Shown: piece by piece, positions 7,993-16,902 of the stretch
How the letters are laid out: each line of letters opens with the position of its first letter
Numbering within the stretch: the first letter of the stretch is position 1
Assembly (NCBI GenBank): GCA_001000035.1
Contig: LCGX01000001.1
Span: 1 to 26,566, forward strand
DNA from: Candidatus Nomurabacteria bacterium GW2011_GWF2_43_8
GTDB taxonomy: Bacteria; Patescibacteriota; Minisyncoccia; Phycocordibacterales; UBA9973
Length of the DNA stretch: 26,566 bases
Direction of reading: 5' to 3'
Made by a program: the position numbers and the translations under genes
Notes under the pieces: generated by a model
Told to the model about the DNA's origin: nothing
Seen by the model: only the letters and a program-made list of their open reading frames with translations
The model's database searches: none

Positions 7993-9936
7993 TTACAACA
8001 AATCTTCCGGATCCACAAGGATTTCAAAATTAGACGGAAGATATAGGAGTTTGTCAAGTAGAATTTCATCGATAGACGAATTATGGGAAATTTCAGGCAG
8101 GGACCATTTTGAAGGATCAATTTTTAAAAGCGCGTTGGTCACGTATTTATTTTTCAATTGCGCTACAAATCCGCTGAAAATCTCCGGAGAATATTCCTTG
8201 AAAATTTCTTTCAGAGTTTCTTTGGCTTTTTTCGTCTGTTCTTTGTCCCCCAGGTATGTGATTTTTATAAAACGTTTGAAAGGCGGATAGCCGAATTTTT
8301 TCCTCTCTTCCAGCTCTCCGCGCACGAAAGGCAGGAAGTTCTCCGATTCAATAGCACGGATTACTTCATCTTTTTCATTCTTGGTTTGAATAATAAGTTT
8401 CTCCGATGTGTTGCCGATCATTGAAAACACGATTTGTATGATTTTTTCGCTCATTCTGAAATTCGGAATGCTCCAAAGCGAGTCAAAAGACGCGATGATG
8501 GACAGCGGTATTTTGTTTTTCAGATAAAAAAAAGCCATTTCCGTGCCGATTAATATCGAGCCCGGGTTTGATTCAAATTCTTTGATGATTTTTTGGGCGC
8601 CTCTGCCTGTTTTGGCCGATTCTTTATCCAATTTAAAAATTTTTATTTTTGGAAAAAGTTTCTTGGCTTCTTCCTGCACGGTGTCCGTACCGATGCCGAG
8701 AGGCACGAGATTCCAGCTCCCGCAAGAGGCGCAGGCGGTGTCTCCGCTTTTTTCTTCCCCGCACCGGTTGCAGACGAACATTCTTTTTTTGCCCCGATGG
8801 GACAAGTATAAAACCAGAGGAGTTCCGCATTTACCGCAACTTACCGTCTCGCCGCAATCCCGGCACAGAGTTTCCGTTGCCAGCCCCTTTCTCAGGGAAA
8901 AAATAAACACGCTCTTTTTGTCTTTCAGGGCCGATTTTATTCCTTCCGTGCTTTGACTTTTGAGTACCTGGAATTTTTTTCCGTCTTCTTTTTGCCCTTT
9001 ATTTGAAATTTCTATTTCACCCAAAAAATCGATTCTGAAAGACAGCGGGTAGAGGGGGTTGAGGTTTTCCATATCTTTTCTTCCGATTGTCTCAAAACGC
9101 AGCATTTCATCGGCTATTATGAGTTTGGCGTTTATTTTTGAAGCATAAATTTCCGTGAAAACTCTCAGGTCTAAATGAGGCCTTCTGATTGTTTTATAGG
9201 CGTTCGAGTTTTCATGTTCCAGAATTATAGTGCCTATATCTTTTTTAGGGATAGACAAAAACGGCGCGGTTCCCAAAATAAGAACCGGATGGGAAGAAGC
9301 CATTATTTTTTCATAGATCGCCAGGTTTTTTTGGGGGCTCATTCCGCTCGATACGGCAAAAACGAACTGTTCTATGCCTTTTGATAACTGTTCGGCGAAA
9401 TTATTTATGTCGATTTCGGTCGGCAGAACCATAAAAACCGACTTACCGCGGGCAAAAGATTCGCGGATTAGGGTTTTGTAGACGGATACGCGATCAGAGA
9501 ATGGATATTGGAACAGCAATTTTTCGGTTTTCAGGGAAGGGCGGTCCTTAAGAGAGTTTCCCCAAGGACCGTCCTTGGCAGAAATATTTTTTATCTTATC
9601 GTATTCTTCCAAAAAAATATTTGGAATCAGGGACGCAACTGCGTTGTTTTTATTTTGCGTAAAATATTTTCCGGTATCAAAAATCGTGTCCATAAATTCT
9701 TTCAAGAAAACGGAACTCCCTTTATTTTCCGTTACTTTTCTCAAACTGAAATCCATCCCCTTGACATTACTTTTTCTATCTTTCAGTTCCTCGGAAGATA
9801 CCACTAGGGCCAGGGTTTTTTTGCTTTTTATCGGGATAGAAACAATACTGCCCGGAGATATGTCAAGAACGGTAAAATAAGTGAGGTCGCCCTTCGGGAT
9901 GCCTTTTTTAAGCGGTATTACGGATATTATTTTCAT
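7993..9936 (-). CDS. priA: Primosomal protein N' with degenerate helicase motifs
   Basis: N-terminal 3'-binding-type domain; four CxxC pairs (CRDC, CGKC, CNRC, CASC) then LVPLGIGTDTVQEE; IPNFRMSE; FGYPPF. Confidence 0.88.
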   Translation of the reverse strand: MKIISVIPLKKGIPKGDLTYFTVLDISPGSIVSIPIKSKKTLALVVSSEELKDRKSNVKGMDFSLRKVTENKGSSVFLKEFMDTIFDTGKYFTQNKNNAVASLIPNIFLEEYDKIKNISAKDGPWGNSLKDRPSLKTEKLLFQYPFSDRVSVYKTLIRESFARGKSVFMVLPTEIDINNFAEQLSKGIEQFVFAVSSGMSPQKNLAIYEKIMASSHPVLILGTAPFLSIPKKDIGTIILEHENSNAYKTIRRPHLDLRVFTEIYASKINAKLIIADEMLRFETIGRKDMENLNPLYPLSFRIDFLGEIEISNKGQKEDGKKFQVLKSQSTEGIKSALKDKKSVFIFSLRKGLATETLCRDCGETVSCGKCGTPLVLYLSHRGKKRMFVCNRCGEEKSGDTACASCGSWNLVPLGIGTDTVQEEAKKLFPKIKIFKLDKESAKTGRGAQKIIKEFESNPGSILIGTEMAFFYLKNKIPLSIIASFDSLWSIPNFRMSEKIIQIVFSMIGNTSEKLIIQTKNEKDEVIRAIESENFLPFVRGELEERKKFGYPPFKRFIKITYLGDKEQTKKAKETLKEIFKEYSPEIFSGFVAQLKNKYVTNALLKIDPSKWSLPEISHNSSIDEILLDKLLYLPSNFEILVDPEDLL

Positions 9937-9968
9937 AAGTTCGTATGTTTCATTCTAACACGAAAATA

Positions 9969-9977
9969 TGCTATATT
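9969..9977 (+). promoter_or_regulatory. Extended -10 for mreB (leaderless-type)
   Basis: TG-c-TATATT ending 7 nt before ATG 9985. Confidence 0.55.
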
Positions 9978-9984
9978 ATTTCAC

Positions 9985-10998
9985 ATGGGATTTTTTTTAC
10001 GCAAATTGGGGATAGATCTGGGCACAGCCAATACCTTGGTATTTGTGCCGGGCAAGGGCGTGGTGCTGAACGAGCCTTCGGTGGTGGCGGTTTCCGAGCA
10101 GGATAATAAGATTTTGGCTATCGGTGTTGAGGCCAAAGACATGATTGGCAAAACCCCTGATTCGATAATCACTTACTGCCCGATGAAGGACGGAGTTATT
10201 GCCGATTATCGGGTAACCGAAGCGATGCTTCGTTATTTTATCGGGAAGGCAATGGGCAAATTCAGTTTTTTTAAGCCGGATGTTATGGTCTCCGTTCCGG
10301 CCGGGGTCTCGTCGACCGAGAGGCGGGCCGTGGTAGAAGCGGCCATTCGCGCCGGCGCCAAAAACGCCTATGTAGTGAAAGAGCCGATTTTGGCGGCCAT
10401 CGGAGCGGGAATTCCGATTTACGAATCGAAAGGGTATATGGTAGTTGATATCGGCGGAGGCACGACGGATGTGGCGGTCATATCTTTAGGCGGAATCGTG
10501 GCTTCCACTTCGGTGAAATGTGCTGGTAATAAAATAGACCAGGCGATAGCAGATTATATCAAGAAAACTTTTAATTTGGCGATAGGCGACCGAACAGCTG
10601 AAGAAGTAAAAATAAAAATCGGTGCGGCCGTACCGCTCGAAGAAGAACTCCGGGTAACGATTAAGGGGCGCGATTTTATTCAGGGGTTGCCACGTTCGGC
10701 GCAAGTCGGGACAAATGAAATAGTTAAAGCCATAGATGGTGAATTGAGGCAGATTATAAAAGCTGTCAAAGACGTCCTTCAAGAAACTCCGCCGGAACTC
10801 GCGTCCGATATCATTGACCACGGGATAATCATGACCGGCGGTTCGTCCCAATTGCGTAATTTCACCGATTTGGTTTATCGGAAAACTGGGGTCAAGGCGA
10901 CTCTGGCGGAAGATCCTCTTTTTTGTGTGGTTAAAGGGACCGGCATAGCTCTCGAGCACTTGAACGTTTATAAAAAAACGGTCTTAAGTAAAAAATAA
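9985..10998 (+). CDS. mreB: Rod shape-determining actin-like protein MreB
   Basis: GIDLGTANT; NEPSVVA; VVDIGGGTTDVAVISLGG; MTGGSS. Confidence 0.97.
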   Translation: MGFFLRKLGIDLGTANTLVFVPGKGVVLNEPSVVAVSEQDNKILAIGVEAKDMIGKTPDSIITYCPMKDGVIADYRVTEAMLRYFIGKAMGKFSFFKPDVMVSVPAGVSSTERRAVVEAAIRAGAKNAYVVKEPILAAIGAGIPIYESKGYMVVDIGGGTTDVAVISLGGIVASTSVKCAGNKIDQAIADYIKKTFNLAIGDRTAEEVKIKIGAAVPLEEELRVTIKGRDFIQGLPRSAQVGTNEIVKAIDGELRQIIKAVKDVLQETPPELASDIIDHGIIMTGGSSQLRNFTDLVYRKTGVKATLAEDPLFCVVKGTGIALEHLNVYKKTVLSKK

Positions 10999-11714
10999 TG
11001 ATCGGAAAGCATTTAAATAAAGACAATCCCCACCACGCATATTTGATAGAAGGCGCGCGGGACGAGATTGTGCCGGAGATTTTGAAATTTTGCGAGGCCT
11101 TGGGCGTAAAGACCGTCGGCAATCCGGATTTTTACCATATCTCCATCAATAATTTTAAAATAGACGAAGCGTTTGACCTGCGTTCGATGTCTTCCGATAA
11201 AAGTTTTTCTTCGGCTAAAAAAATTTTCATCTTATGCGTGAACAGTTTTTCTTTGGATGCGCAGAATGTCTTACTCAAAATGTTTGAAGAACCGAGAGAG
11301 AACACTCATTTTTTTATGATTGTGCCGGATGTGAACGCCTTATTGAAAACTCTCGTTTCTAGATTCTACTTAATTAAGCCGGAGCCGGGAGTAAATAGAG
11401 AACATGAAGCCGCAAATAAATTTATCGCTATGCCCTTGCAAAATAGGATAGATTTCATTAAAGAATTGTTAGTAGAGCCGGAGGAGGAAGATGAAGAGGG
11501 TAATGAAATTGCCGTGCTTGATTCTACCCGCTCAAAAGCTTTAAAATTTCTAAATGCGCTGGAATCCACTCTTCATAAAAAGCTGATAAAAAATCCTTCG
11601 AGTTTTACTTTTTTTGATCACTTTTTCAAAGTTCGGGAGTTTCTCCGCATGCCCGGCTCTTCTACGAAAAACTTGATGGAATCCGTGGCATTAATTGTGC
11701 CGGAAATAAAATAG
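10998..11714 (+). CDS. holB: DNA polymerase III delta'-like protein (reduced)
   Basis: HHAYLIEG; NPDF; AQNVLLKMFEEP; LLKTLVSR (SRC-like motif). TAATG overlap with mreB. Confidence 0.7.
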   Translation: MIGKHLNKDNPHHAYLIEGARDEIVPEILKFCEALGVKTVGNPDFYHISINNFKIDEAFDLRSMSSDKSFSSAKKIFILCVNSFSLDAQNVLLKMFEEPRENTHFFMIVPDVNALLKTLVSRFYLIKPEPGVNREHEAANKFIAMPLQNRIDFIKELLVEPEEEDEEGNEIAVLDSTRSKALKFLNALESTLHKKLIKNPSSFTFFDHFFKVREFLRMPGSSTKNLMESVALIVPEIK

Positions 11715-11718
11715 TTTT

Positions 11719-13395
11719 ATGCAACAGGAAACCAAGGTTTGTCAAAATTGTAAAAAAGAATTCGTGATTGAACCGGACGATTTTGGATTTTATGAAAAAA
11801 TAGGGGTGCTTCCGCCCAAAATGTGTCCAGAATGTCGTATGCAGCTACGTCTTTGTTTTAAAAATGAAAGGCGTTTTTATAAACGCATTTGTGATAACTG
11901 CAAAAAGGACATTATCGCTATCTACAGCGCGAATAAGCCTTATCCTGTTTGGTGCTCTGAGTGCTGGTGGAGCAGCGATTTAGATCCGCAGAAATACGCT
12001 GTGGATTATAATCCCAACAAATCTTTTTATGAGCAATTTAATGAGGTTTGGATAAAAGCTCCCAAGCAGGCCCTGGCTGGGATGAGAAATGTAAATTGCT
12101 TTTACTTGAACAACACAGCCGATAATAAAAACTGCTATCTGATTATAGAGAGTTCTAATAATGAAAACTGCATACATTGCTATTGGATACAGCTCTCAAA
12201 AGATTTAGTTGACTGTTCTTTTACGAACAAAGTAGAACTTTCGTACGAAGTTGATGATTGTTACGACTGTAATTCTCTTAAATTTTCTAAAGGGTGCCAT
12301 AGCTGTCTCGATAGCTCTTTTCTACTCGATTGCCGAAATTGTCAGAATTGCCTAGGCTGCATAAATTTGCGCGGACAAAAGTATATTATTTTCAATAAAC
12401 AGTATTCCAAAGAAGAGTATGAAAATAAATTAAAATCCTTCAAATTAGATACGCACTCAGGTGTAGAATCTTTTAAAAAACAATTTCAAGACTTTATAAA
12501 AGACAAGCCGAGAAAGTTTGCCGAGATTACCAATGCCGTTAACTCTACGGGAAATTACATGACGAATGTCAAGAATAACAGATATTGCTTTCATTCTTAT
12601 GAAGCGGAAGACAACGCTTACTCTATCCATGTTTGGCGAGGAGCAAAAGACTGTATGGACTGCAACACCGCCGGAAGGGCTGCGGAATTAATATATAATT
12701 CGCTCAATACGGGCATCGAAGCATCGAATGTGACCTGTTCCCAATACTGCTGGAGTTCGCAATTTATGGAATACTGCCTGAATTGCCCAGATTCAAATCA
12801 TAGTTTTGGATGCGCCAGTTTGGTCAAGGGGTCCTATTTTATTTTAAACAAGCAATACACCAAAGAAGATTACAAAAAATTGCGCGCGGAGATTATTGCG
12901 AAAATGAAAAAGGAAGGTATTTACGGAGATTTTTTTCCGAAGGAATTGTCTCCGTTCGGATATAATGAGTCCTTGGTAATGGATGAGTTTCCGCTCACTA
13001 AAGAAGAAGCGCTAGCAGAGGGTTTCAAATGGGAAGACACACCACGCGGAACATATGGCAAAGAAACAGTAGATTGGAAAAAATTCCCTGATTCTATTTT
13101 AGACTTGTCGTCGGATTTTGATGTTGGAAAAGAAGTTTTTATCTGCATGGAATGTAAAAAAAATTATCGGATTATCGAAGACGAACTTTCTTTTTATCGG
13201 AGAATGCAAATACCAATTCCAAGAAATTGTCCCGAGTGCCGGCACGATAAGCGTGTTAAAAATAGGGGACCAAATAAACTTTGGCATCGGAAGTGCATGC
13301 GAGAAGGTTGTCAAAATGAATTTGAAACGCCCTACGCCGCAGAAAAACCGGAAATAATTTACTGCGACGAATGTTATAAACGGCTGGTTTATTAA
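11719..13395 (+). CDS. Cys-rich multi-CxxC hypothetical protein, paralogue 1
   Basis: 558 aa; CQNC, CPECR, CDNC, CSECW at N-terminus; Cys/Asn-rich core; CPECR, YCDECY at C-terminus. Confidence 0.9.
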   Translation: MQQETKVCQNCKKEFVIEPDDFGFYEKIGVLPPKMCPECRMQLRLCFKNERRFYKRICDNCKKDIIAIYSANKPYPVWCSECWWSSDLDPQKYAVDYNPNKSFYEQFNEVWIKAPKQALAGMRNVNCFYLNNTADNKNCYLIIESSNNENCIHCYWIQLSKDLVDCSFTNKVELSYEVDDCYDCNSLKFSKGCHSCLDSSFLLDCRNCQNCLGCINLRGQKYIIFNKQYSKEEYENKLKSFKLDTHSGVESFKKQFQDFIKDKPRKFAEITNAVNSTGNYMTNVKNNRYCFHSYEAEDNAYSIHVWRGAKDCMDCNTAGRAAELIYNSLNTGIEASNVTCSQYCWSSQFMEYCLNCPDSNHSFGCASLVKGSYFILNKQYTKEDYKKLRAEIIAKMKKEGIYGDFFPKELSPFGYNESLVMDEFPLTKEEALAEGFKWEDTPRGTYGKETVDWKKFPDSILDLSSDFDVGKEVFICMECKKNYRIIEDELSFYRRMQIPIPRNCPECRHDKRVKNRGPNKLWHRKCMREGCQNEFETPYAAEKPEIIYCDECYKRLVY

Positions 13396-13407
13396 GTTTT
13401 TTATCTA

Positions 13408-13416
13408 TGATATAGT
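13408..13416 (+). promoter_or_regulatory. Extended -10 for frr (leaderless-type)
   Basis: TG-a-TATAGT ending 6 nt before ATG 13423. Confidence 0.55.
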
Positions 13417-13422
13417 AGAGCC

Positions 13423-13974
13423 ATGCAATATAATTTTTCCAATTTTAAGGCGGAACTCAAAAGAGCGGAAGAATTTTTGGGCAAGGAATACAGCCAGCTC
13501 AATATCGGCCGAGCGTCGCCGATGGTCCTCGACGGCGTGTCGGTGGAGTCCTATGGCTCTTACGTTCCGCTGAAAAATGTAGCTTCCGTGTCCATCGAAG
13601 ACCCGAAGACCTTGCGTGTTTCGCCCTGGGACAAGAGCCAGATCAAGGGCGTGGAAAAAGCGATTGCCGGCGCCAATTTAGGCCTTTCGGTGGTGGTAGA
13701 TGATTCAGGCATCCGGGTTATTTTTCCACAACTGACGACCGAAACCAGGCAGACCTTGGTAAAAGTTTTGAAGGAAAAATTGGAAGAGCAGAGAATTACC
13801 GTGCGCAAGGAGCGCGAGCGCGTCTGGGACGACGTCCAGGCAAAAGAAAAAGAAGGAAAGATCACCGAAGATGAAAAATTCCGGGCTAAGGAAGAACTGC
13901 AAAAAATCATCGACGAAGCGAATAGAAACCTGGAAGCGCATTTTACCCGCAAAGAGAAAGAAGTGATGGGATAA
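13423..13974 (+). CDS. frr: Ribosome recycling factor
   Basis: IGRASPMVLDGVSVESYG; SPWDKSQIKGVEKAI; FPQLTTETR; 183 aa. Confidence 0.96.
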   Translation: MQYNFSNFKAELKRAEEFLGKEYSQLNIGRASPMVLDGVSVESYGSYVPLKNVASVSIEDPKTLRVSPWDKSQIKGVEKAIAGANLGLSVVVDDSGIRVIFPQLTTETRQTLVKVLKEKLEEQRITVRKERERVWDDVQAKEKEGKITEDEKFRAKEELQKIIDEANRNLEAHFTRKEKEVMG

Positions 13975-13980
13975 ACCAAT

Positions 13981-15081
13981 ATGAGTATAATTATTTTTTT
14001 AATCATTTTATTAGTCCTTGTCTTAGTCCACGAGTTCGGACATTTTTTTACCGCCAAAAGGTTCGGCATCAGGGTGGATGAATTCGGCTTCGGCTTTCCA
14101 CCGAAATTATTCGGCTGGAAAAAAGGGGAAACGGAATATTCTGTTAACGCCTTGCCGTTCGGAGGATTTGTCAAAATTTTTGGAGAGAATCCCGACGAAG
14201 AAAATACGAGCGGTCCCGACGCAGGCAGAAGTTTTGTAAACAAGCCGAAATGGCAGCAGGCCATGGTGCTTTTTGCCGGGGTCTTCGCCAATTTTCTACT
14301 GGCCTGGCTTTTGTTTTCCGCGGGCTTCATATCTGGGCTTCCAACCTCCGCCGACAGCAAGCTTGCTAGCTACAACCTGGAGGATGTAAACTTGGTCGTC
14401 ATTTCCATTCTTAAAAATTCTCCGGCAGAGAATGCCGGGCTGCAGGTCGGGGATAAAATTGTCAGTTTGAAGAATAACAGCGATTTCACGTCCGAGATTA
14501 ATCCGGAAAAAGTAAAATCTTTTGTTTTAGAAAGCAGAGACAAAGAAATTGAAATCGGCTATTTACGCAGCCGAGACACAGAGATCAAGTTTGTGAAAGC
14601 GGTACCCGCGGTAAATGAAGTGACCGGCAGCCCGGAAATCGGCATATCGATGGATATGATCGGCACGGCTAAATTGCCCTTTTTTACGGCTTTGTATGAA
14701 GGAATGAAGCTCAACCTAAATGTCACTAAAAACACCGCTATTGGGCTTTTTACACTTATTTACGAGGGTATTTTAGGCAGGGGCAGTTTGGAAGGGATTG
14801 CCGGGCCGGTCGGCATAGTGGGTATCGTAGGGGATGCCTACCAGTTTGGTTTCGTTTACCTCCTTTCTTTTGCTGCTTTGATTTCCATAAATTTGGCGAT
14901 TATAAACTTATTTCCGTTTCCGGCGCTCGATGGCGGACGGCTTTTGTTCCTGCTGATCGAAAAAATCAAGGGCTCGCGCATAAACTTGAAATTTGCCAAC
15001 GCGGCCAACATGGTCGGTTTTTCCCTTCTGATACTTCTGATGCTCATCGTCACTTACCACGACATAATTAAATTGTTTTAA
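13981..15081 (+). CDS. rseP: RseP/RasP-type site-2 metalloprotease (M50, PDZ)
   Basis: HEFGH (HExxH); LPFGGFVKI; SPAENAGLQVGD PDZ; NLFPFPALDGG. Confidence 0.94.
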   Translation: MSIIIFLIILLVLVLVHEFGHFFTAKRFGIRVDEFGFGFPPKLFGWKKGETEYSVNALPFGGFVKIFGENPDEENTSGPDAGRSFVNKPKWQQAMVLFAGVFANFLLAWLLFSAGFISGLPTSADSKLASYNLEDVNLVVISILKNSPAENAGLQVGDKIVSLKNNSDFTSEINPEKVKSFVLESRDKEIEIGYLRSRDTEIKFVKAVPAVNEVTGSPEIGISMDMIGTAKLPFFTALYEGMKLNLNVTKNTAIGLFTLIYEGILGRGSLEGIAGPVGIVGIVGDAYQFGFVYLLSFAALISINLAIINLFPFPALDGGRLLFLLIEKIKGSRINLKFANAANMVGFSLLILLMLIVTYHDIIKLF

Positions 15082-16841
15082 TGAATAAACAAGACGAAAG
15101 CCGAACATGCCAAAACTGCAAGAAAGATTTCACGATAGAAACCGAAGATTTTAATTTTTACGAAAAAATGAAGGTACCGGCTCCGACCTGGTGCCCGGAG
15201 TGTCGCCTACAAAGGCGCTTAACCTTTCGCAATGAACGAACTTTATATAAACGTTCGTGCCAATTGTGCGGGGCTGATACACTTTCCAGATTTGACCCGG
15301 ATAAAAAAATAGTGAATTATTGCGGCGAATGCTGGTGGAGCGACCGCTGGGACCCAAAAAATTACGGGCAGGACTATGATTTTTCCCGTCCTTTTTTCGC
15401 GCAGTTCAAAGAACTGTTGAGAAAAGTGCCCCAATACAACTTGATAACCCTGCACAACACTCTCATCAATACCGATTTTACGAATATGAATCACTACCTG
15501 AAAAACTGCTATTACATTTTCAATTCGGACTACAACGAAAGGTGTTTCTACGGGGAGGAAATTGAGCACTGTTCGGATTGCGTGGATGTAACTATGTTTG
15601 AAAGCTCGGAATTGGCTTATGAGAGTTTAAATTGCGTCAAATGCTACCAAATTTATTATTCGGTTGATTGCGAAAGCTCGCACGACATTTGGTTTTCCAA
15701 GAACCTGGCGGGTTGTTCGCATTGTTTTGGTTGTGTAAACTTGCGCAGCCAGCAATATTGCATTTTTAACGAAAAGTACAGCCGGGAGGAATATCTGAAA
15801 AAACTGGAAGAGTTTGAACTGGGCTCGCATCAGGCCGTACAAAAGATTAAAGAAAAAGCCGGAAATTTTTGGTTGGAATTTCCGAATAAATATATGCACG
15901 GGGTCCAGAACGTAGGTTCCGATGGCGACTACATTTATAACTCCCGATATGTAAAAAATTCTTTCATCGTGCAAGGCGGGGAATATTGCAAATACTGTAT
16001 GTGGCTGATCGTAAAAAATAATAAAGATTGCTATGACTACACGCAATTTGGTGAGAACAACGAACTTGTCTATGAATCCTTATGTTGTGGAAAAAACACT
16101 TACGATATTATCGGTAGCATTAATGCCATTGAAGGAAGAAATATACGATATGCGACATATTGCTACAACAACATCAGTAATCTTTTTGGTTGTGTCAGTA
16201 TGAATAACCATAGTTACTGCATTTTAAACAAACAATACAGCAAGGAAGAATATGAAGAAATGGTGCCCAAAATCATAAAACACATGAACGATGTACCTTA
16301 TGTTGATAAAAAAGGGCGCACTTATGTTTATGGCGATTTTTTCCCGACCGAGACTGCCCAATTCGACTATAACGAAACATCGGCGCAGGAATTTTTTCCT
16401 TTAACAAAAGAAGAAGTGGAAGAGCAGGGTTTTTCCTGGAAAGAACCGAGAGACAGGAATTATAAAATAAGCATAGAATCAAAAGATTTGCCGGATGACA
16501 TCAAAGATGTGCCGGAGAATATCGCCTCGGAGATAATAGGTTGCGCGCATGCGGGAGAATGCAAGGAACAATGCACGACGGCTTTTCGGATAACGGAATT
16601 TGAATTTAAGTTTTACAAGCTTCACAAATTGCCGCTTCCGCGCCTATGCCCAAATTGCCGGCACTACCAACGGGTACTAAAGAGAAATCCGAACAAGTTT
16701 TGGGATCGGGAATGCATGTGTGATAAGAAAAATCATTCTCATGGAGAAGAAAAATGCAATATTCCGTTTAAAACTTCTTATTCTCCCGATCGACCGGAGA
16801 TTGTGTATTGCGAGAAATGTTACCATCAGGAGGTTTACTAG
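15081..16841 (+). CDS. Cys-rich multi-CxxC hypothetical protein, paralogue 2
   Basis: 586 aa; same motifs as paralogue 1; TAATG overlap with rseP. Confidence 0.9.
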   Translation: MNKQDESRTCQNCKKDFTIETEDFNFYEKMKVPAPTWCPECRLQRRLTFRNERTLYKRSCQLCGADTLSRFDPDKKIVNYCGECWWSDRWDPKNYGQDYDFSRPFFAQFKELLRKVPQYNLITLHNTLINTDFTNMNHYLKNCYYIFNSDYNERCFYGEEIEHCSDCVDVTMFESSELAYESLNCVKCYQIYYSVDCESSHDIWFSKNLAGCSHCFGCVNLRSQQYCIFNEKYSREEYLKKLEEFELGSHQAVQKIKEKAGNFWLEFPNKYMHGVQNVGSDGDYIYNSRYVKNSFIVQGGEYCKYCMWLIVKNNKDCYDYTQFGENNELVYESLCCGKNTYDIIGSINAIEGRNIRYATYCYNNISNLFGCVSMNNHSYCILNKQYSKEEYEEMVPKIIKHMNDVPYVDKKGRTYVYGDFFPTETAQFDYNETSAQEFFPLTKEEVEEQGFSWKEPRDRNYKISIESKDLPDDIKDVPENIASEIIGCAHAGECKEQCTTAFRITEFEFKFYKLHKLPLPRLCPNCRHYQRVLKRNPNKFWDRECMCDKKNHSHGEEKCNIPFKTSYSPDRPEIVYCEKCYHQEVY

Positions 16842-16902
16842 CTCGTGGATAGTTTACTAAAATAACATACCAACAAACTGGAGTTTGTAAGGATGAAAAA
16901 TT

